Origin: Cyanidioschyzon merolae | Taxonomy: Eukaryota | Reading direction: 5' to 3' (one strand) | Length of the DNA: 64,000 nucleotides | Assembly (NCBI GenBank): GCA_000091205.1 | Contig: AP006487.2 | Part shown: one piece after another, positions 57,829 through 64,000 of the stretch | Position numbering within the stretch: position 1 is the first letter of the stretch | Layout: each line of letters begins with the position of its first letter | Notes under the pieces: model-generated | What the model was told of the DNA's origin: nothing | Database searches by the model: none | What the model saw: the letters and a program-made list of their open reading frames with translations, nothing else | Translations under genes and position numbers: made by a program

Positions 57829-59880
57829 TTACGCATGGTCCCAGTTCGCCTCCGCGAGGGCGCGAGCTTTCTGCACCCGTTCTCGAAGGCGTCGCAGTCG
57901 TGGCAGATAACCGGAAGCATCTGGGCTGGTTAAAATTGTTGCTGTCGACGAGACCGCCTCCGACGGTTGTGACGGACCTGCTGTGGAAGCGCGACCCAGA
58001 CGCGAGCCTGCCTCTGACAGCGCTCCGTTCTCGGTCGCTGCCCTCGAGTCAGGTCCTGGTCTTGCGGCACCGAAACGCGTGAGGCGCTCGAGTCCCTGCT
58101 GCAGTTGCGGCGTCGGCGGGCTAGAGCGCCCTGTGCTAACCTTCCTCAGTGCGACCCGAGCGGGACGATTCGTCACCGAGCTGTTGTCGAGCCTGGAATC
58201 GGCCTCGTCGTGCTCGCTGCATACCACAGACAGACCCGCCTCAGGTGCAGCCTCAGGTGAGCGCGACAGTCTCCGAGACAGAATCCCCGGGCTACGATGC
58301 AGTCGCGGCGGTGAAGAGCCTGCTGGCACCTCGGTATGCTCCGCTTTTGGCGCTGTGCTCTGTGCTGCGACGCTTGCCGCTGCTGGTGTATGCTGGACGC
58401 CCGTATTCGTGGTGGCACGTTTCGTTTTGTTGGTTGCATTTTCAGGGGCATGCAATTCCTTACTCCCTCCTGAGGCATCGCGCACATGTATCGGACGGTT
58501 TGTGTTGACAACGGCCTTGGTGCTGCTCGAGTCGGGCGACCGGGTGCGAGCAGATAGAGAGGGTGCCGGCCGGGTGCGTTGCAGTTGGCTGGCTTCCGTC
58601 TTTCGCCCACGGTGCGAGTCGAGCGCGCTTGTCAACGGCATTTGAGGCTTTGCGGAGTGCTGCTCTTTGGACTTTTCCTCCTTATCTCCATGTGCTGTAC
58701 GAATGGGCGCTTCTGCCTTCGCTTTGGTCGCTGGCGTGCGCAGTGGAGCAGCTTCGATGGTGCCTCCGGACGCTGCGCTCGTCAAGATCATCTCGCGTTT
58801 CACCGTATCCTCTACTTGTTCCAGTATCTGCGAACGCTGAGCCCGCAAATCCGATGATCCTGAATGAGATTCCCCGACCGCAGTCTGCACCATTTGCCGC
58901 CCGGCTTCATGCCGCTTTGCAGCGCTCCGCCCCGTGCTGAGTCGAGTCACAGGATCATTCGTATCGATACCCACAACAGTCGCTCTGGTCTGTGACGACG
59001 CCAGGCGACGACTTGGCGGCAGGGTGGCAGTTTCGCCACGCGCCGATGATACCCCGCTCCTTGGCATGCGAGGGCGCGACGAGCCGCGGGTAGACGAAAC
59101 GTGCTCCTGCGCTTGCACTGCGTCTCGCGTCGCTTTACTAGGTTTGGGCTCGGGGAGCAAGAAGCGCTCGCGCAACACGTTCTCGATTTCGAGCGCCTCT
59201 CGAAGCCACCGACGGACACGAAGAATCGACGCTTCTACTCGCTGCATTGTGTCCGTATCATCGTTAGGCTCGCCGATTTGCCATAGCTGCTCCTGTTCGA
59301 GCACTAAAGACCATTGTTGGCAACGAGAAATCGTCTCTTGCAGTTCTTCGCGCATGATCTGCAGCGCTTTCTCGATCCTGGTTTTGAGAGCACCATATGC
59401 TCCGTCTTCAGCCCCAGTACGAGGCAGGTCGGCTCGGTTTCCGTGAGGGTGCTCAGTAAGGGCTTGGTGTTGGAGCGGTGCCTTGTGAGGGGCTCCAAAA
59501 GAAGCACCTGCAGCACTGCTGCCAGGGCGCTGTGCTTGGGCTTCCCCAGAAGGCTGTTTTTGAAGCACTGTCGCTTGAATCGTACCAGGGCGACTATCCC
59601 CAGTCTGGACGCGTGTTTTAGGTTCCGCATGCTCGGGTTCCAGCGCGAATCGACCACTGTGAGGTACCGCAAACGCCTGAAATAGAGCGGGCGGTATTCG
59701 ATACACCGGTCCGCGTAGGATCGGCACTGGACGTCCCGAATTCGCCCCGAGGAAACTAGGAGACTTTCTGTCAGAGGGAGCCGCCTCTGTACTTAGTTTC
59801 CTCGTGTTTGACTCATCCCGAAGTCCATTCTCTTCATAAACGCTGAACCAAGCGTGAAAGGGGAGCACGCGGCAAGCCAT
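57829..59880 (-). CDS. Hypothetical Ser/Ala/Pro/Arg-rich coiled-coil protein
   Basis: 683-aa ORF. Highly low-complexity with heptad-like stretches. No catalytic motif. The many antisense ORFs of similar length mean it could be partly artefactual. Confidence 0.35.
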   Translation of the reverse strand: MACRVLPFHAWFSVYEENGLRDESNTRKLSTEAAPSDRKSPSFLGANSGRPVPILRGPVYRIPPALFQAFAVPHSGRFALEPEHAEPKTRVQTGDSRPGTIQATVLQKQPSGEAQAQRPGSSAAGASFGAPHKAPLQHQALTEHPHGNRADLPRTGAEDGAYGALKTRIEKALQIMREELQETISRCQQWSLVLEQEQLWQIGEPNDDTDTMQRVEASILRVRRWLREALEIENVLRERFLLPEPKPSKATRDAVQAQEHVSSTRGSSRPRMPRSGVSSARGETATLPPSRRLASSQTRATVVGIDTNDPVTRLSTGRSAAKRHEAGRQMVQTAVGESHSGSSDLRAQRSQILEQVEDTVKREMILTSAASGGTIEAAPLRTPATKAKAEAPIRTAHGDKEEKSKEQHSAKPQMPLTSALDSHRGRKTEASQLQRTRPAPSLSARTRSPDSSSTKAVVNTNRPIHVRDASGGSKELHAPENATNKTKRATTNTGVQHTPAAASVAAQSTAPKAEHTEVPAGSSPPRLHRSPGILSRRLSRSPEAAPEAGLSVVCSEHDEADSRLDNSSVTNRPARVALRKVSTGRSSPPTPQLQQGLERLTRFGAARPGPDSRAATENGALSEAGSRLGRASTAGPSQPSEAVSSTATILTSPDASGYLPRLRRLRERVQKARALAEANWDHA

Positions 59881-59927
59881 GGCGACAAGGCGAAAGCATT
59901 TTTTGGCGCGCTTTCCTGGCGCTCTGC

Positions 59928-61376
59928 ATGGCCAGTGACGCTACTGTGGAACGCGTGGACGAGGCGTTGACTGCCCAGGTTCGGGTGTGTCTTCAGCGGC
60001 TTGAAGCTATCATCAACGACTCAGAACAGGCAAGTGACCATCAGTTTGTGCATGGGTCATATAGCGATCCGGCGGGAACCGGAGACTGTCCCGCACCTGG
60101 TGGCGAGGCGGGCGAACACCCGCGGGTTGACAGTCTAGCGACTATTTCGAGCGTGCTAGCCTCGCTGCGGGACTTGCGCAGCCAGCTTGCCGCTGTCCTC
60201 CGCGCAGGTGCATCCCTGGAAACAGCTGCTGCTCTTGATGGTGAACACGGCTCAGTGCGTCAGCAGCTTGCTTTGCGTGCGGAGCTAGAGGCGTCCCAGT
60301 CGCTGGTTTGGGCACTGCAGCGCGAGCTCAAGGCACGCACAGAGGTAGCAGAACGCTGGCGACTTCGTGCTATCGAAAGTGAGAAAGCGCGGGCTACTCT
60401 TGAAGTTCGATACCAGGCACTGAAAAGGACATGGGAAGCTGCTCAGGGGCAGGCTCAGCCTGAGGGTTGCCTCTTTCCGCAACAGGCTACAGCGTCGCAC
60501 GACTCGCACGGATCGAGGCGCTTGCCGGCTGATTCGAAGGATTCCGGCACTGCAACTGCATATAGAACGATGCATGATGCTGCAGATACTTCGAGTGAGC
60601 GGCACGATGGCACCCAAGTCTCGAGTTTGGGTGCTGATGCGGTAACGTCAACAGAACACGCGACGGTGGAGCGCGCGCTAGCGGCTGCGCAGTCCCTGGA
60701 CCGGCCTGCACTTTTGCTGCAGTTACGTACTCTATACCGGGAAAGAGAAGCGTTGGCTGCTGCACTGGCCCAGGCAGAGGACAGACTCGGGCGAGGTGCC
60801 TTCGATCCGGAGCGCTATCGGCTGTGGCATCCGCGTAAGGCACCGCCCCAGCTCGGCACGGTGTCGGCACGTGAAGGCACCACGACAATGCCGAATACCA
60901 CGACGACGAGCACGAACAAAATGAAAGCAACAACAACAACAACAACAACAGCAGATAGATCCTCAAAAACGGAGTCGCCCGCTCCAAGCGTGGACTCAGG
61001 TGCCGGGGATGACGAAGCGACTGGTCACCATATGGATCCCTGGAAGCTCGTTCAGCGGACGCGTGAAGCTGCGCGAGCGAAAATCCAACAAGTTGTCGAA
61101 TCTATTTACTATCTCTTCGGTTGGCGATTACGTATCGCTGGCTCTGTTTACACACTGGAAAGCCTCTATGCAGAAAATGCGGATGACAAGATCCAGTTTC
61201 ATCGCAATGAACGAGGTGCTTTCGAGCTGATGGCCACGGATTTTGTCCAGCGTGCTCTTCGAGCTGAAGTGGAGACGCTCCTATGCCAAATGGATTCCAT
61301 CCCAGCTTTTTTGGCGACGGTTCAGCTGCAGTTATTTGAACAGAGCACCGCGGTCACTGGAATTGCGTCTGGGTAG
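59928..61376 (+). CDS. MAD1: Mitotic spindle assembly checkpoint protein MAD1
   Basis: C-terminal domain 'YTLESLYAENADDKIQFHRNERGAFELMATDFVQRALRAEVETLLCQMDSIPAFLATVQLQLFEQSTAV' matches the human MAD1 C-terminus 'YRLTSLYAEHPGDCLIFK...[26 protein letters not shown]'. Upstream coiled-coil with Ala-rich segments. (ACA)n encodes a poly-Thr tract. Confidence 0.8.
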   Translation: MASDATVERVDEALTAQVRVCLQRLEAIINDSEQASDHQFVHGSYSDPAGTGDCPAPGGEAGEHPRVDSLATISSVLASLRDLRSQLAAVLRAGASLETAAALDGEHGSVRQQLALRAELEASQSLVWALQRELKARTEVAERWRLRAIESEKARATLEVRYQALKRTWEAAQGQAQPEGCLFPQQATASHDSHGSRRLPADSKDSGTATAYRTMHDAADTSSERHDGTQVSSLGADAVTSTEHATVERALAAAQSLDRPALLLQLRTLYREREALAAALAQAEDRLGRGAFDPERYRLWHPRKAPPQLGTVSAREGTTTMPNTTTTSTNKMKATTTTTTTADRSSKTESPAPSVDSGAGDDEATGHHMDPWKLVQRTREAARAKIQQVVESIYYLFGWRLRIAGSVYTLESLYAENADDKIQFHRNERGAFELMATDFVQRALRAEVETLLCQMDSIPAFLATVQLQLFEQSTAVTGIASG

Positions 61377-62236
61377 ATTCCGCATGGGCGACGTGCCTCT
61401 TGCGACAGCCGCAGATGAGCGGTTCACGGCACCTGCAGCCGATCTGCTGGTGCAGGCTGTATCATCGCTGCCGGCAGCATGCGTATTGGGAATATCGAGC
61501 GATGCATCTTCATGATAAACCATAGCGGCAGGCATACGAGAGATATGATGGACACCCGGGGCATCATGGGCGCGCTTTTTCATCATAAACAGCAGCCGCA
61601 TACCATGGAGCGCTATTCAAAACCCCGCTGTAGATGCGAGCGTTGCTCTTGTCGGCGTCCGCGAACCCCGGAGTTGGATTGGTGTGTCAAGCTCATGGTT
61701 GCTGATGCATTGATCCACAGACCAGGGATCCATCAGATTCATAGCGTCCATTCGGAGCGCATACACATAGTTTTCCATGAACGCTTGCTTGCAGCAGGCT
61801 CGCTGGCGCAGCGGCACCGAGGAGTGAACAAGGCCTTGAACCGACCTAGTCGCTCGGTGTAACCTCGAGGCTCGAGACCGACTCGACTACAGCAGTGAAC
61901 TAGTCGTTCTATGTTTGCTTTTAGAATTACTCGCCGAACGTTTTCTTAGATGTGCTGCCTTGAAATTCGAAGAGCTGCAGTCGAGGATGACGGACTCAGA
62001 CGTAGTGTCAGGGGGGTGCGGTCGTCTTTTCGGAGTGGCGCTTTCGACGTTTTGACGCTGGGATTCCTTACGTCGTCGAAATCCAGGTGATTGGCGATGT
62101 CTTCGAACCGGGACTCGTCAGATTACCGAATTCGTACCCAACGGATCGATAGAAGTTTCATTTCATCTCCTCTGCCTGATTGTAGCGTGTTCATATCAAG
62201 CATTCTTCAAGGTTTCAATCTTCCTGGTTCAAGGTA

Positions 62237-62893
62237 ATGCATGGAGCCAGCAACTCGTGCAAATTCGTTGACGATGCAAAAAATGGACGTCGAGCACTGA
62301 AGGCCTGTTCACAAGCTCATGTCGACAGTTCACAGAAAGTTCCACGTCCTATAATCGAATCCGGCCGAGAGACGAATACTCTTGTGTTTGTGCCCATCGG
62401 CGAAACCGCATTTCACAGCAGCATGATACGTCCCACGAGCTATACTCCTAAAGACCTCTGTCTTTATTGTCTGTATGGTAAAGGGTCTTGGACTCGGACT
62501 TGGGTTATCGAAGCGATCGCTTCCCGTGCAGCGTGCGTCGTCGGTTCGCACGAAGACAGCGTAGACGATTCGCAATTTCTCAACTTGATATCCAGCCTCA
62601 TTTCGCCTTCTCCTCCTTGTTTCATCATGGATAGCATCGCGTTCCATGAATCCTCTGTCGAGTGCGACGTCGGGCACTTGTGTGTACAGCGCACAGAGCG
62701 CTCGCCTATGGGAACGCTCAGAACACGATCGGGAGTCTACGGCAGGGCACTCAGTGCGGGTACAGTGAAGGGTAACAATTGGATCCATCAGTGTCCATCA
62801 AGAGCATATACTGAGCGATGCCGTGTGTCCTTACGCGGGACCAGGGGGCTCTTGAAGGAACAGGAGCTGTGGTGGACATATTCCAGCTGCTGA
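62237..62893 (+). mobile_element. Degenerate Tc1/mariner-like transposase relic (copy c)
   Basis: 'LVFVPIGETAFHSSMIRPTSYTPK' and 'CFIMDSIAFHESS' are homologous to copies a and b at nucleotide level. Homology starts near 62150. Confidence 0.5.
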
Positions 62894-62938
62894 CCAGGGT
62901 CGTGTGTCGTAGCTGCCAGGGGCGTACCACGGCTGCCA

Positions 62939-63126
62939 CCAGAGAAGACGAAAATGGCAAGTAAGGTGCAGATCGCAACTATTACCCGTGCATCCAGTGT
63001 GTTGACGCCGTCCGGAGGCCGAGGCTGTCTCCAGAGCAGACGAAAACGGCTAGTAAAGTGCAGATCGCAACTATTACCCGCACATCCAGTGCGTTGACGT
63101 CGTCCGAACGCATCAGAATCGGCACT
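62939..63126. repeat. Direct repeat, ~94 bp x 2 (~90% identity), immediately 3' of transposase relic c
   Basis: 'cagagaagacgaaaatggcaagtaaggtgcagatcgcaactattacccgtgcatccagtgtgttgacgccgtccgg' against 'cagagcagacgaaaacggctagtaaagtgcagatcgcaactattacccgcacatccagtgcgttgacgtcgtccg'. Confidence 0.7.
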
Positions 63127-63412
63127 TGAACGCTGTTATCAACATCCGTCGACTGCTGGCACCGAAGCTGGAGACACAAGTGCGACCGGCTTCATTAAAG
63201 CAAAAGCTGCGAGATAGAGAAAGGAAGCAGCACAAGAAACAGTACGCAGAGGCTGGGGCTGATAACAGTTGAACGAGACACAACATTTAGAATACGCCCT
63301 AGTTCGAGGTCCGCCTCTATCTCATGGTGATACGCGTAGAGCTACAATCTCCTGGACGGCAACAATTCGAACAGCCAAAGCAGCATAAACCCCATTTTTT
63401 TCTGGGATCGCA

Positions 63413-64000
63413 TTAGGAGGAGGCCTTGGTGTTTCGCAACACTTGGCGAGGCGCCCCGAAATATCGTTCTGTCCGCAATTCCGCTAACGCACGTGGAGCG
63501 AGAGGCTCCTGCTTCCACACTGTACCGCCGCCAGCAACTCGGACATGCACGGTGCAGGAGCCACTGCCCAGCAGTGCTACCCAGCCGAGACCAGGTATCA
63601 CGATATCGGCACAAGTTCGTTTCCAGGTACCGTGTTCCACACACATTCGCACAGGTTCTACGGTCGCGAGCGGCACACGCAAGCCACCAGGCCATAACAG
63701 GCCGTTCTTCACGGACTGTACGCGATACGTCTCGTTCAGTGCCTTGCTGGCGTCGCTTACATGAACGGTTACCTGCTCGCTGACGTAGGCTGTGAAGAAC
63801 CAGGGTTTCCCCTCAGCCAGGGCGATATTTACCAAACCGCCCAGCCATAAAGACTTGCCCTGTTCGAGACGATACGTGATACCGCGGAGGCGTCGTCTTG
63901 GCAGGATACCTTTCATCTCTGAGATATCTTCGAGACAGAGGAGGTTGACGCGGCGAGGCTCGACGATGCCAGGTGTATCCATGATCACGATGCGCTCGCC
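63413..64000 (-). CDS. NOA1/YqeH-family circularly permuted GTPase, C-terminal part (gene continues past the window end)
   Basis: 'DTPGIVEP' G3 motif, 'LEQGKSLWLGGLVNIALAEG...' and 'VIPGLGWVALLG' parallel B. subtilis YqeH 'IDTPGII...EEQTLFFSGLARFD...VFSGLGWVTV'. The reading frame stays open beyond 'MIMDTPG' to nt 64000. Confidence 0.5.
   Translation of the reverse strand, partial: GERIVIMDTPGIVEPRRVNLLCLEDISEMKGILPRRRLRGITYRLEQGKSLWLGGLVNIALAEGKPWFFTAYVSEQVTVHVSDASKALNETYRVQSVKNGLLWPGGLRVPLATVEPVRMCVEHGTWKRTCADIVIPGLGWVALLGSGSCTVHVRVAGGGTVWKQEPLAPRALAELRTERYFGAPRQVLRNTKASS

Overview
This window appears to be a eukaryotic nuclear chromosomal segment. It is GC-rich (about 55-60% by eye) and intron-poor, with roughly one gene per 3-4 kb and genes on both strands. 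I found no rRNA, tRNA, CRISPR or other prokaryotic features by eye. The housekeeping genes recognisable from the translations are: an MT-A70 (DPPW) adenine methyltransferase, a peroxisomal-type ABCD half-transporter, a CDC2-like cyclin-dependent kinase, EF-1beta, a class-I (kynurenine-type) aminotransferase, proteasome alpha type-1, porphobilinogen deaminase, a purple acid phosphatase, UDP-glucuronate decarboxylase (UXS), a MAD1 checkpoint protein, an EH-domain endocytic protein, a divergent FBPase/SBPase-like protein, and a partial NOA1/YqeH-type GTPase at the 3' edge. Many of the listed ORFs over 100 aa are GC-driven artefacts, often antisense to real genes or running through tandem repeats. 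The non-genic structure is the more unusual part. Four tandem arrays (114 bp x ~12, 36 bp x 7, 100 bp x 3, 82 bp x 3) sit at or just upstream of gene starts or in 3' flanks. Three diverged, frameshifted copies of a Tc1/mariner-like DDE transposase are present. A short (~125 bp) dispersed repeat family, which I have not seen described, has four copies. There are several microsatellites ((ACTGT)n, (CTG)n, (CA)n). The N-terminal transit-peptide-like extension on porphobilinogen deaminase, together with the FBPase-like gene, hints at a plastid-bearing, intron-poor protist or alga. That is inference only.
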